A stretch of DNA of 63,435 bases, filler included, from Intoshia linei (Eukaryota; Animalia; Orthonectida): NCBI GenBank assembly GCA_001642005.1. It is 7 parts of 7 records of this genome, joined end to end, with 100 filler letters (N's around TTAATTAATTAA, not from the genome) between each part and the next. Parts side by side here need not be neighbours in the genome. Positions count along the whole stretch, not along the records: positions 50,439 to 60,040 come from LWCA01001354.1; positions 60,141 to 62,121 come from LWCA01002444.1; positions 62,222 to 63,435 come from LWCA01002723.1; 4 more parts are not named here. One strand, written 5' to 3'. A model generated the notes under the pieces. It worked only from the letters and a program-made list of their open reading frames with translations. It did no database searches and was not told the DNA's origin. The position numbers and the translations under genes were made by a program. Below are positions 51,195 through 63,435 of this stretch, piece after piece. Position 1 is the first letter of the stretch; each line of letters opens with the position of its first letter.

Positions 51195-54100
51195 TTATTA
51201 TATTCAAATTTAATAATTAAATAGTAGATCTCAATATTTTCATTAAAGAATTGTCAATGTAAAAGTTTGACACTAATTTTTAAAAATTTACAAAATAAAC
51301 GCAAATTTCTTTTCGGCGCACCGGTTAAGAACCACTGCTTAACTGGAATATGAGAATTTATTTAAACACGTACTATTCAGCAAAGACTGATAAAATTTCA
51401 AAATTTTGTGTTGAAGCCCAATAAAATTTATGAAATAAATCATTGTAAAATTTTTAAGGGTTTTTTTTATGGCCAGTTCAGAGTGAATTATGTGTAAAAA
51501 AATTTTTTTTGGTAGGTCGAAAATTTTTCAACATCAACCCGTCGTGAATTATGTATTCGGTATTATGTTTACTTGATACAACTTTCCTAAATTGTAAGCT
51601 AAAGTTGTTACCAATCACAATATTTTTAAAATGTGAAATACTCTAATCTATATATATTTTAACCGATTTCCTTTCATCCAAAATATTAGCTATTTATAAA
51701 TTTTTTTCACAATTATAAAAAAATAGTGGCATAATACGTACATGTAGTACTATATAGATACTATATATATAGTATCATATATAAAAATAAAGTAAAAGTA
51801 TGCTTGAAATAATAAATATTATTTAAAATTAATATTATGATTATAGGAATTAAATTTACAAAGAATGCCCTATAAAATACAAAAAAACTTCTCCAAAATG
51901 GGATCGGACTGTAATACTGTAATTAGTTAAATATACCATCCTCACATTCACAATGATACATATTACGTGCGATACAAAATGGGGTGCATTCACCTATATC
52001 ATTGCATTTACCTCTAAATGTAATATTTATATTTTATTAACATTTAATTTAAATACTGTGTTGGTCAAAAACGCATATAGTTATATTTATATTAGTGATT
52101 TCCAATAGGGGTCCGTAATACTCAAATAAAATTTAAAAATTTTTGTCTATTTTTTGATATTTATTATTATTATTAAAAATGTATTATCAATCTATCGAAA
52201 TGAAAAACAAGACAAATCTTCAAATGTTTCATGTTTCCTTTGATGTACAAAACAAATTTAATTTGAAATGGGGTGGTACATTATTTGAATCGTGAATGTT
52301 TAATAAACATATTCAGTAAGGTGTTCGGTTTTGACAGAATTTTAGATAATACAAAAATACAGCTCAAACTTGAAGGGTTTTAAAAAATGACCGTAAAAAA
52401 GTTTAATCTTTATTAATTTTAAAGTTTTAGTGCAAATATCTCTTTTTCTTAAATTGACCAATTTGATTTATTAAAGGTGGATATGGGTGATTATAAAATT
52501 TTATATTTAACTCTACAGGGCGTTATGTCGATACAAATTTCAATATTGATAATTACCAGTATTTTCTTAGGAAATTGAACATGTGAGTTGCCATTTTTTT
52601 ACATTCAGTTAATTTTTAAATATATTGTAATGAGAAAAAGTATTATTAACTGAGTTTATTAAATTCGGTAGATTCTCGAAGACTGAAAAAAAATTGAAAT
52701 TCCATTGAATCATCATTTTATCGATTCTCATAAATATTATATGTTGTGATGTACAATTTTACGCAGATTAGATGCAGCTTAATGTCAACAGTTGAGAATT
52801 ATAAATTAATAAAGATTTGAAAAAACTTCATATTATTTTATTTACAAAGTAATTATTAACTAAAATAATAATAAACAAATTAAATAAATGAATTAGACGA
52901 CTAATAGATCATCAATATAATATTTAATTATATATTTATATAACTATATATGTTTTTGACAGTCACTGTGAATTAGGTATCTCGATTATTCGAAAATTTG
53001 AAAAACCGATTAATTGAAAATAATTTAGACAATACTAGTCAAAGTGATTTCAATCCCTTAAGTCAATTAAACTTATACATCTTATTATATTATATATTAT
53101 TATATCGTAAAGTAAATTGTACATCGTATATAACTATTCTTATCGTAGATAAGTAATAAATATACATGTACATTAATGGTGGATTTATCATACAGTCTTG
53201 ACAGCAATATGGTTACAATTGTCTAAATCAGTGTCAACGTCGAGGACCCATTATATTTTATAATCCAATTTCGAATATTTTTATATGAAAATGTTATTGT
53301 ATTTAGGGAAATTAAGACGATAACCATGAAAAAATAATTTTATGTTATGAAAAAGCGACGTTATATACTTAAATATATTATATTTATTGTATAAAATATA
53401 TTTAACTTTTTCATTTTTAAAAGAGTACCAAAATTTTTCATCATGCTTAGTTGGTGCCAGCATCCATGAGTTGCTACTTGGAATTATATATCCATAATAT
53501 GGATGTTGTATTTACACAATAATTTAACATGTTAAAACATTATTTTTAGCTGTAGCGTTGAAATTAATGTCATCAGAAACAGTTCATTGAGATAAAAATA
53601 TAAATAAGATCTATTTAAAAAAATTATTATGATTAAAAATAATAAATTGAATGAGTGATAAAATTCATAATATCCTTTCAATAAAAAAATTGATCCAAGA
53701 CATTGTCAAATATATAAAATAATAAAGATTAATTAAAAAAAATTAAGTAAGAAAGTAAAAACATTATTTTCTTTCAATTTTTTTAAAAAAATAATTTAAA
53801 AAACCAGTGCATCAAGAATTTCAGGATTGGGTCGAATTCTTATTGAGGAAAAACTCAATCTCGTATTAATGTTTTTAACATGTAATTTATTACTCCTTCA
53901 CTTTCCAAAAGAGTACAATCATTCCTATTCAATTGAGCATTAAATAATTTTTTACAAAACGTATTTTTCAAATTGAAGTTGATAGTTTTTAAACTGATAT
54001 ATCATTTTGTTTGCTCTTGGGATGCTCACTGTTGGTATACATTAATTAATTTTTGTATTAATTAAACATTTACTGGAAAAACTGGTTTTTCCAATATTTT

Positions 54101-54369
54101 ATTTCAGTAAAACGGTTTGACAACACTAATTTAAACGTAATAAATATGGCTATTATAATTATTATCCTATTAATCGGTTTTACAAATAAACGAATATCAC
54201 TTCCTACTATATATTACGAGTTGTAGCATTCCGCACCTTGTTTTTTTTTCACTGGTGATGAACAAACAATTTTACTATTTCTATTTATATAATATAATTA
54301 ATAATAATATTAATACTATATTATATAATTTCTATTATTTATTATTCAACATACATAAATTATCTAGTA

Positions 54370-55741
54370 CAGTAGAATCCGCTTATATTGATCACCCGCT
54401 TATAATGATCAAAATTAAGAATCCCGTACATTTTAATCAAAATGTATGAAATTGAATACTCTTATAGTGATCAAAAATTCGGTTATAGTGATCAATTTTA
54501 AAATTAATTTTTTTTATTATTATTTTTAATATTAAGATAAAGTTAAGTTAAAATTATATGAAAATGTCAGAACACAAGAAAAGATTAAATTTAACAATTC
54601 AAGAGAAAAAAGAAATAATAATGGCATATGAAAAACTGCTAAAAATGAGTCAACGCAGTGCTGCCACAAAACTCAAAATAGCACAATCTCTTTTGAACAC
54701 AATTTTAAAGAATAAAACGAATATTCAATGTGCATCAATCATGAATGACAACATGAAGAGGAAAAGACCTGAAATGTATAAAGATGTTGAATCTGCACTG
54801 AAGCTTTAGTTTTCGCATCTACGTGAAAAAAATGTTTCAATATATGGACCAATTTTGCATCAAAAAGCTGAAGAAATTGCAAAAACTATAAATATAGAAA
54901 ATTTCAAAGCTACAGATGGAATGTTCAATAGGTGAAAAAAAGAGAGAATATTGTTTACAAACAAATTCATGGAGAAGAAAAAAGTGCAGATTTTGTAGCA
55001 GCTGACGATTGGCTAAAAACCGAGTGGCCCAGAATTGTAAATAAATATACACTGCGTTCCAAGTTATTATGCAAATATTAAAAACAGTAATAATTTAAAA
55101 AGTAGTAATTTAATTCTATTAATTTTTGTATCATAATTTAATCATTCACCATATAAAACGTTATTGTTACAAAAAAATTTATCACGTTTCCAAAAAAGCA
55201 TTATATTTAACATTATATATTTTTGGGTAATTTTTGGTGTGCCAAATTATTATGCTAATCAAAATTTAGGATAATTATGGGTAAATCAACATCACTTATT
55301 GTTGACGAAAAGGATAAAATCCTGAAAATGTTGGATAACGGAATATCGATAAATGAAATAGCTTCAAATTTAAAACGCGATTATCATACAATCCTTCGAT
55401 ATATAGAAAACCCTTCCAACAAGAGAAAAAAGGTATCTGTTAAAGATATATCCCATATTAAACTAGAAATGGTTCGAAACATTCAATGAAGAATCAAACA
55501 ATGAACATTAAATGAATTCAAACGCTTCATTGAAGAATTATTACATGAAAATAAAATACAATCTAAAATTGATGATTATTTCTTGTCCAAATAAATGTTA
55601 TTCAAGTATTTTTATGTAATATTTCGTATCCATAACTTTCATCGAATATATAAACAAATAAAGTTATCTACATTTTAAAAGCCGCTTATAGTAATCAAAA
55701 CTGCTCTGTCCCAATATGATCAATATAAGCAGCTTTTACGG
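54370..55741 (+). mobile_element. pogo/Tigger element with both TIRs and a decayed transposase
   Basis: TA|CAGTAGAATCCGCTTATATTGATCA ... TGATCAATATAAGCAGCTTTTACGG|TA. HTH KRLNLTIQEKKEII..SQRSAA, DVESALKL*F, FKATDG, and C-terminus QSKIDDYF. Confidence 0.9.
55050..55470 (+). mobile_element. 5' part of a Tc1-type (TRT-like) element nested in the Tigger element
   Basis: TA|CACTGCGTTCCAAGTTATTATGCAAAT terminus with an inner direct repeat CCAAATTATTATGC (about 55242). ORF MGKSTSLIVDEKDKILKML...IASNLKRDYHTILRYI. Confidence 0.75.
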
Positions 55742-56357
55742 TATACTAAATTATTCATTGACATGACATGTAATGTTTTGATACATAGTATTAAAGTAAA
55801 ATAAATAATGCTATACAGCGATAATGTAATCTACAGTTCTGGTTATAAGAACTTTACAATAATATATTACTGTAGTAACATTACATGAAATTTGACATTT
55901 TTGGATAATTTTTATCTTGATTCACGAATCCTAAGGTTGACCACGATAGGAATAAATACTTTTTGGGTTATTCCCTATTAGCCACAAAAAAGTAATACTT
56001 AGATTTTTATGACTGATTATGTTACCCTAAATCAAAGATTAATAATTTTCAAAATAATTACGTGCATAATGATTATTATTTTTTGGAAAATATCATTTTA
56101 TCAAAGAAATAAAAAGGACAAATAAAGTGAACCGTTTCTAAAAGGATATAATTGACATCAAACACGAATATATAGTTAAAATGTTAAATGTTGAATTATA
56201 AGTAAATTCAATTTTTTAATCGAAGTCAATCAATATAAAACTTAATTTTATTCATTCAAACTGTCAATTTTTATAATTTTTAGGTCAAAAAATTTATTAG
56301 CGACATTACTGATGATTATACTTATCTTCTGTTTTAGTTTCTGTTATGCATTATAAT

Positions 56358-57300
56358 CAGGGCTGGCTGAAATGCTGGTGCCAGTAGAATTTTGCTGCAA
56401 CTGGTACCAACAGTAGTATCAGCTGGTGGCAGCTGTCTACCCGCAATCTAAATTTTTTTAAAAATTTCAAGAATAAACTAAAATGGAAAGAATGCGGAGT
56501 CGAGATGAAATATACATAATCAACCACCCATATGTCGTCTTTGCGAAAACCTGTGCAGTCGAAGCATTCAAATAGTATATCTAAATATGCTGAATCATTA
56601 ACCAAAATCAATAAAATATCTGAAATGTTTATACATTTTTAATTTTTAATAGCCGACTTAGTAACTAATAGTAGACTAATATCGACTCAGTTCAGTCAAA
56701 TAATTCTACAATTGTTACTGTTCTCGATAGTTTTAAGAATATCGAAAAGGAGTGGAATGGGATGAAATATTCCTCGGTTAATGATTTGTTAAATGCTGTT
56801 TTCAAGTCACGTCGAAAAATGTATATGTCAACTCCATTGGCAAGAATGTATAGATTTGGTAATTCTAATCGAAATAATGAATCGATTTCATGTGAATTAA
56901 TGATGTAATTCAAGGAGTGGGGTTTAAAAGTTCTGAAAGAACCAAGAAGAGACAATCTTCAAAGAGAATTAGACCATTTACGAAAATCTCAAATTTATGA
57001 CAATAATATCAAACTAGAATAAAATTCCCGTCGTATCTGCTTTAATTGAAGTTATCTCTAAAATACCGGTTAGTGAAGCTAAACTCGAGCGTTTATTCAG
57101 TAAACAGATTAATACACAGTCCATTTAGGGCTAGTTGGAATGACAATATTGTTGATGCACAACTCAACATAAGATATAACTGACATGTAATGAGGGCGAA
57201 ACAACTATAAATTTATTCAGCATTTGAAAGTACATAATATGTGGTTAATGTCTCCTCCCCAGAAATTAAGCCGTTTAAATGCGAAGAATTTGAAATTAAT
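56358..57300 (+). pseudogene. hAT transposase remnant with left terminus
   Basis: CAGGGCTGG terminus with CTGG/CCAG repeats. C-terminal dimerisation motif IPVSEAKLERLFSKQ..HSPFRASWNDNIVDAQLNIRYN at about 57060-57180; many stops. Confidence 0.75.
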
Positions 57301-57718
57301 AACTTAATGGATACTTTTATAGAGGAATCTAAAGTGGTAATTTATTGACATGTTCCTCTTCCGGCACACAGAATGATATTCAAAGATTTGAATAAGCATA
57401 AGCATAATACTTTAGTATTAAACTGTTTTACTATTTTGTCTCACATCACCACTCTCCGTATTTAATCGCAATCTTATGTTAAAGTTGTAGATAGAGTATA
57501 TCTTTTCTCGAATAAATTATCAAATCATTACAATACACGGTTAATTATGAATTTCTAAAATTACCTTACGCTAATCTTTAATTTACAATATTTAACTTAC
57601 TTCAGGCAAACTTGTAATTTAAAAAATCTTAATATTTACATTCATATACAGACAAACCTCTATAATACAAATAATAATTAATGTCTATAAATGTTAATAA
57701 AATTACTAATTTTTCAAT

Positions 57719-59713
57719 TTATAATAGTATATTTAATTTCTGCGACCATCTGTATTCAATACAGCTGGTGCCATCCCTGTGATTCATAATTATGATTTTT
57801 TTAATATAAAAAGAAACGTTTCTTCACAAATTCCATCCACAAAACATCTGCTTTTATCTCGAACATCACATACGGTATTAACAATTTTATAAGATCCATT
57901 TTCACAGCAAGAGTCGTGTCTCGGACTAAACATACATGTATTTTAAATTATTAATAACTATAACTCGCAAAGATAATAGTGATTCAATTTACAATCTGTA
58001 CAATATATACTTGACATTAATTCCCCACTGTCACATTCTTCATGTTCTTCCACTATATCGTTCCCACATACTGAAACGGCTTCTAAATTATATACATCGT
58101 AAATATACTTTTCTATAACACTCAAAAAACGATCTCATTAAAAAATATGACATGTTTTTTATATATTTTGTAATATATTTCGAAAATTTTTTAAAATCTA
58201 GTGTAGTTATTCAGATATTGTAGTTTTAATTATAATTAATAAATTTATTGATACTATCCAAAATATAAATAAAAAAGTTTTCCTCAAATGTAATCATTAT
58301 CAAAAGATTAAATTAATATAAATATTTAGAAATATTAATAATTATTAACGCATAATACAGATTATTTCAAGAAAACGAAATATAATTTTTAGAAATAAGA
58401 ATTTCTTACATTGTATTAACAATTTATACATTTAGTTAATTATATTATGTAATTTAATAAAGTTTAATAATTATTAAACATTAATTTAAAAAAATAAATA
58501 CGCTATCAAACAATTTTAGAAGTTTCAGTCATAAAGTTTATTTTTGGGGTAATTTCTACAAAAATTTTTTTTAAAAATAGTGGTTAAAGCTTCGAAAATA
58601 TTGTTTAATAAGTGTTTGACAATGGAAAATTGCGTAGCAATGAAAAAAATCCGAAAAAATGAATTTATCAGATTTCCATCAATATCTCTTTATTGGAAAT
58701 GTGTAGACGTTCAATGCATGTTTTTAATTGTATTGTTACAGTATATAAAACTATAATCTGTTTTTTAAAATTCTAGAGCTGTTTTCATTTTAAAAAAAAA
58801 GTAATCTAAGGTTTTGATCGTGAAAATGATCTTTTTGAGGTATTTTTGAGTGTGAATATTTTTATAAGAAGTTAAAGTTAATAATTAATAAGTGATGTTG
58901 TTACAAGCAAGGTTGGAAATAATTGATTGTAATCAATTATTTGGTATAAACTAATGAATTGTTTGCTAAAGTGCGCCGCGAACATAAAAAGTTTAGGAAG
59001 CACTGATATATGTCAATGATGTTCACAACACTTGTGTACACAGTGTTTGGAATGTCATTGCCGTACCATTTAGAACTATAGAATGAAGACAGTGGATTGA
59101 AGATTGTCACCAGAAATTTGTTATTTACATAACATAGTTAAACATGTTAAATATATATTTAAAATTGTAATTTTATTTCGAAAACTTCACAGTCATTAGT
59201 CTAGATTACTTTATATAACTAAGGATTATACACACATTCTGTCTAATAAATTAAAAAAATATATAACAAAATTCTTTACACAAATGTTAATAAAATACAC
59301 AAAATAACAGAATAAATCACTTCAAAATAAAACGTAATGTGATACGACGGGTCCATGTGAAACGGGTTTGGTAAGCACTCCTTTAAATGGTTGATAATAG
59401 TGAATAGCATTTTTAAGTAAGATGTTATTATTGAATTTATTTTTATGGTAGAATTAAAAAAGTTCTCCCTTGGCAGAGCTAGGTGCTAGTTGTACGAAGC
59501 ACATAACATTCAAGCTATTATTTCAATAAAATCTAATAAAATTAATAAATACATCACTCTTATCTGACTTTTAATTTTAAATTAGATATTTGTAACTATA
59601 ACTAACTTTTACAGTGTAAAGGGTTATTAATTACTTGAAAAACACAATTTGTTTGTATTTTTTAGAAGTATTATGTAAGCAGATATCATCTTCTTAGAAC
59701 ATGGAGAAAACAG
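57719..59713 (-). CDS. ADAM10/17-like metalloprotease, partial (end of protease domain plus disintegrin domain)
   Basis: Exons 59713-59635, 58082-57965, 57925-57818, 57776-57719 with compatible phases. Reads LFSPCSKKMISAY..LCFSKAVSVCGNDIVEEHEECDSG..CTDCKL..CDPRHDSCCE..VC..C..GIC. The zinc-binding exon is not seen (probably beyond the 60041 gap). Confidence 0.8.
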
Positions 59714-60894
59714 CTAAATGTATAGTATATTGTAAGTTGGATTTTATAATATGTATCAGGGATTGGAAATAATTGATTGCAATCAATTATGTTGTATAAA
59801 ACAATTAATTGTTGGCTCAAATAAATTTTTCAATTAATTGGTTTTTTCATAAAACTGAAAAAATATAAATTGAATTCTTTTACTGACAAATGGTTGGATG
59901 AAAAAATTAATTAAATATTTTTTATGTAGTTCAAAAATTAAATTTAATCATTATAAACTATAATTTATAATAATACAATATTAAGGTGTCAACACTCGTT
60001 GTAGCGTATCACAGTCCCACCATGCTTTATTTATTTCCAGNNNNNNNNNNNNNNNNNNNNNNNNNNNNNNNNNNNNNNNNNNNNTTAATTAATTAANNNN
60101 NNNNNNNNNNNNNNNNNNNNNNNNNNNNNNNNNNNNNNNNAAAGTCGGTATTACGTTTAAAAGCTCAAACGCCAATTTTTGTTAAAATAAAGTTCAGTTT
60201 TAATTTCTCCATAATATTTTTACTGTGATATTTAAAACGTGCACCGCGAATTCAATATTAATTATTTCTATACAATTTAAACGGCATTCTTTAAATCAAA
60301 TAATTTTAATTAATATTTTTGCTACTCGTTTCAATTTAAAAAAAAGTTGACACCCTACTGTACTATACATTTATATACTGTATACTATACAGTGTATATT
60401 CAGTGAAAAATATATTTCTTTTTTTGAAATAAAGTTTGATTGATGCTCGTACGACATAGAATATTGCCATGAATAGAATAATGGACAATTTTAAAATAGA
60501 ACGACAGTATGACCACTTTGGTTACAGAAGCTGAAGATATATGTAAAAGATATGATACATATTCCAATCAAAATCTTAGTAAGTTATTGGTAAAGTACCG
60601 GAAAGCATTTATGGTAAAATGTTGTATTGCTTAAAATGTGGTCATTGCATCCGTAAAAAAGGTAATTTATGATTTTGGCTCTGAAGATATTAAAATCTAA
60701 TTTAAAATAAAATTTAACATTATGAATCACTAACAAATAAATTATTACTTTATATAAATAACTTTATTTTATTATTAACATTAGAATAAGGATACTTTAC
60801 TAAGGATGTAAATTTATATCGAACTATGTGTCATTTTTAACTTACAATTGTTACATTGTTAGTAACTTTTTATAATATAACTATATTATGATTA

Positions 60895-61075
60895 TTGTAT
60901 TTTTCGGAGTATAAGGCGCGAGAAATTTTATTAAGAGAAGTTTTAAAGAATTAAGAATCAAATGGTACAATATAGTTAGAAAAAAAATTTCTTTGCAAAA
61001 TCCTTATATAAGGCGCACTAGCGTATTCCTAATTTTTCATGTAAAAGGGTGCACCTTATACTCCGAAAAATACGG
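60895..61075. mobile_element. pogo/Tc2-type MITE
   Basis: TIR (TT/CC)GTATTTTTCGGAGTATAAGG(C/T)GC at both ends, flanked by TA. Confidence 0.9.
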
Positions 61076-61263
61076 TAATTTAATCAATTTTCTAAGCAAA
61101 TTTTGTTTCTTATGCATTGTAGACAAATTGTAGTCATTGTAATTGGACTTGTTACAATGTACATTTACATTTAAACCTGTTTACACTGTACAAACCATGG
61201 TTATGAATATAGTTTTTTGTTATAAATTTGTACAATTTGTTTTAAATTAAATGAATGTAAATA

Positions 61264-62121
61264 ATGAAAAGAAAATCAATTGACGTAATCACAAAAAAAG
61301 CGATAATCGAAAAATGTAAAAATAGTAAAGTTACACAAGTGGCCAATGAATATGGCATAGCTAGATCAACTATTTATTCTATTTTAAGGTAATTTATACT
61401 AATGCTGTATTTTAACATTATGATAGTAATGGAGAAAAAATTTATAACTCTGAAGCTTCCGATTCATCGAAAAGAATTAAGAGTGCTAAATATCCTAGTA
61501 CAGCATTAATTTATAACAATTATTTTTATTATTAGTTATTGAAAATATGTTGAATGTTTTTATAAGCAAAGCTTTATCCTTAAATATACCTATATCAGGC
61601 GTTATTATTAAAGAGAAAGGTATGGTATCTATTTTGCATACTGTTTATATATCTACTTAGCCTTGCTGTATTCTCGTTACATTGAAAATATTACCTTTTG
61701 TGCGAGCAACGGATGGTTTGATGGATTTAAAAAACGATCAAACTTATCCTATCCATCACTATGCGGTAAATCCGCATGTATGAGTAAAAATGTAATCAGT
61801 AGTTGGATGAAAAATTTAAGTAACCTAACAAGAGGTTATCAACTCAGAGATATTTACAATGCAGGCGAGACAGAATTGTATTTACGCATTTTACCAAATA
61901 AATACCTTAACACAAAATTTGAAAAGCTTAATGGATGTAAAAGTTCCAAACAGCGTGTTACTGTGATGTTGTGTGTTAATGGAGATGGAACCGATAAAAG
62001 TCCAACTTTATTAATCGGAAGCAGTGCTCGTCCGCGGTGCTTTAAAAGAATCGACACACTACCGGTGGAGTACAAATCGAATGAAAAGTCTTGCATGACT
62101 GTGATGATATTTTGTGATTGG
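61264..62121 (+). CDS. Intron-containing pogo/Tigger (CENP-B/TIGD-like) transposase-derived ORF, 3' end lost in gap
   Basis: Exons 61264-61388, 61427-61497, 61536-61619, 61661-62121; GT-AG introns of 38, 38 and 41 nt. Splicing gives 247 uninterrupted codons: psq HTH (VANEYGIARSTIYSIL), HTH_Tnp_Tc5 (PISGVIIKEKA..FCASNGWFDGFKKR), DDE_1 (SKQRVTVMLCVNGDGTDK..IG..RPRCFK..LPVEY). Confidence 0.85.
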
Positions 62122-63435
62122 NNNNNNNNNNNNNNNNNNNNNNNNNNNNNNNNNNNNNNNNNNNNTTAATTAATTAANNNNNNNNNNNNNNNNNNNNNNN
62201 NNNNNNNNNNNNNNNNNNNNNTTTGTAAAATTATTTCTAATCTTAGATATTATAATTAAAATATAATTACGCTGATTATGTGGTTCTAAATTTTAACAAA
62301 TGTATAATTTATACTAGATTGATCCATAACTATGTTATATTGGTAGTAAGAGTCAAATAAATTATTTGATATGGTAATGTTGCGATCCTAATCAAAAATG
62401 ATCAATAAAATTTTATTCTAACTTTGTCTTTATTAGATTTATTTTATTTTTGTGTAAATTGACAAAGTGCAGCTATTGGAAACCCCTTGGAACACTCTTA
62501 AAATTAAATAAAAAAGAATTATAATCAAAATTTGATTAAAAATTTGGAAATATGAATACATTGAACGGGTTCTTTATCTCTATTAAAATTACAATTAATA
62601 ATTACGTATATAATTTATTTTTAATGTTTAAGTAAAATTCAGCTACATATACATACAAACTGTACTTATAAGTCTATTAACTATGTATCAATTTATTCAT
62701 TATTATTTACAAATTATAATTTTGATAATTTATATAAAAATTTCAATTTAGTTATTTTCTCAAGAATTTTATTTATTTGGCGTAAGGGTTAACTAATATT
62801 GGCAATGTATCGTAACTAAGTAAACTTTAATTAAAATATCTTACAAAAAAAATTAATTAGAAGTAATTAAAAGCATTAACGGATTCCAGTATTTGGGTGA
62901 TATAATCATTTACTTAAAATCTTGCGGGAATCAAAAAAGTATGTAACCCGAATTAGTATTCGAGTGTCGAAAAAATACTAAGTTCCCGTGTTTTATGATA
63001 TATAAAATTACGTGGAGACGGTTCTAAATTATCATATATTTTAGGTGAATTACTAAAAATTACGTAGCACTGGTCCTTCTAAATACACATTTGTACATAC
63101 GTTTAATATATATTATACATATATATACATATAAAAATAGAACAAAAATTATTGAAATAGTAAAAATTGATGCTCATATTAAACATTACGTTGTGCTAAT
63201 GATAATAAAATACATTTTTAGTAGTTTTAATACTATTATCTTCACTTATATAACACTAGACAACAAAATAAAAAACTTTTTCCGAGGATCTGCATGAGAC
63301 CATTACAAATAAAAAGCTAAATCTTTCCTGATCAACAATACTTCTCTTTTTAATTTTACAGTTCGCTATTAAAAGATAATAATTGACAACATCATAGCAA
63401 CTAAGCTGTTTCAATTAATTTGTTTCTTAATTTTT

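Noticed and set aside
53190-53520. Coding-like minus-strand pieces (QHPYYGYIIPSSNSWMLAPTKHDEKFW; WVLDVDTDLDNCNH)
   Set aside because: No recognisable family and could not be linked in frame to the ADAM or kazrin exons.
60509-60661. CxxC peptide (SIYGKMLYCLKCGHCIRKK) resembling a BED/CGGBP-like zinc finger or ribosomal S27a tail
   Set aside because: Short, preceded by stops, with no consistent flanking exons; not enough support.
5409-62221. Recurrent TTAATTAATTAA motif embedded in N runs
   Set aside because: Assembly linker with six-frame stops in fixed 100-nt spacers. Not biological; adjacency and distance across these spacers are uncertain.

Overview
Very AT-rich eukaryotic (metazoan) scaffold segment. 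It is assembled from several contigs joined by six artificial 100-nt N-spacers carrying TTAATTAATTAA, plus one single-N join at 45186. Genes are split by many tiny GT-AG introns (mostly 34-45 nt), so the ORF track misses or fragments most of them. This architecture is consistent with a reduced animal parasite genome such as an orthonectid (inference). Manual splicing gives complete models for GAS8/DRC4 (482 aa), VPS51 (782 aa), NDUFA6 (131 aa), a divergent ARID5-like protein (644 aa), a minimal ARID3/Dead-ringer-like protein (176 aa) and an 82-aa Rab11-FIP-RBD-only protein. It also gives a near-complete HACD/PTPL, partial kazrin-like, MAM-domain and ADAM10/17-like genes, and a disrupted DOT1L copy. 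The rest is dense with DNA-transposon debris (pogo/Tigger, Tc1/Tc3, TRT, ITmD37E-like, hAT, piggyBac MITEs, Harbinger, non-autonomous Helitrons), a Gypsy fragment and a possible tRNA-derived SINE. The most striking observation is a pogo/Tigger (CENP-B-like) transposase ORF interrupted by three in-frame host-sized micro-introns and lacking its first catalytic Asp (61264-62121). Family assignments come from recalled motifs; no searches were run.
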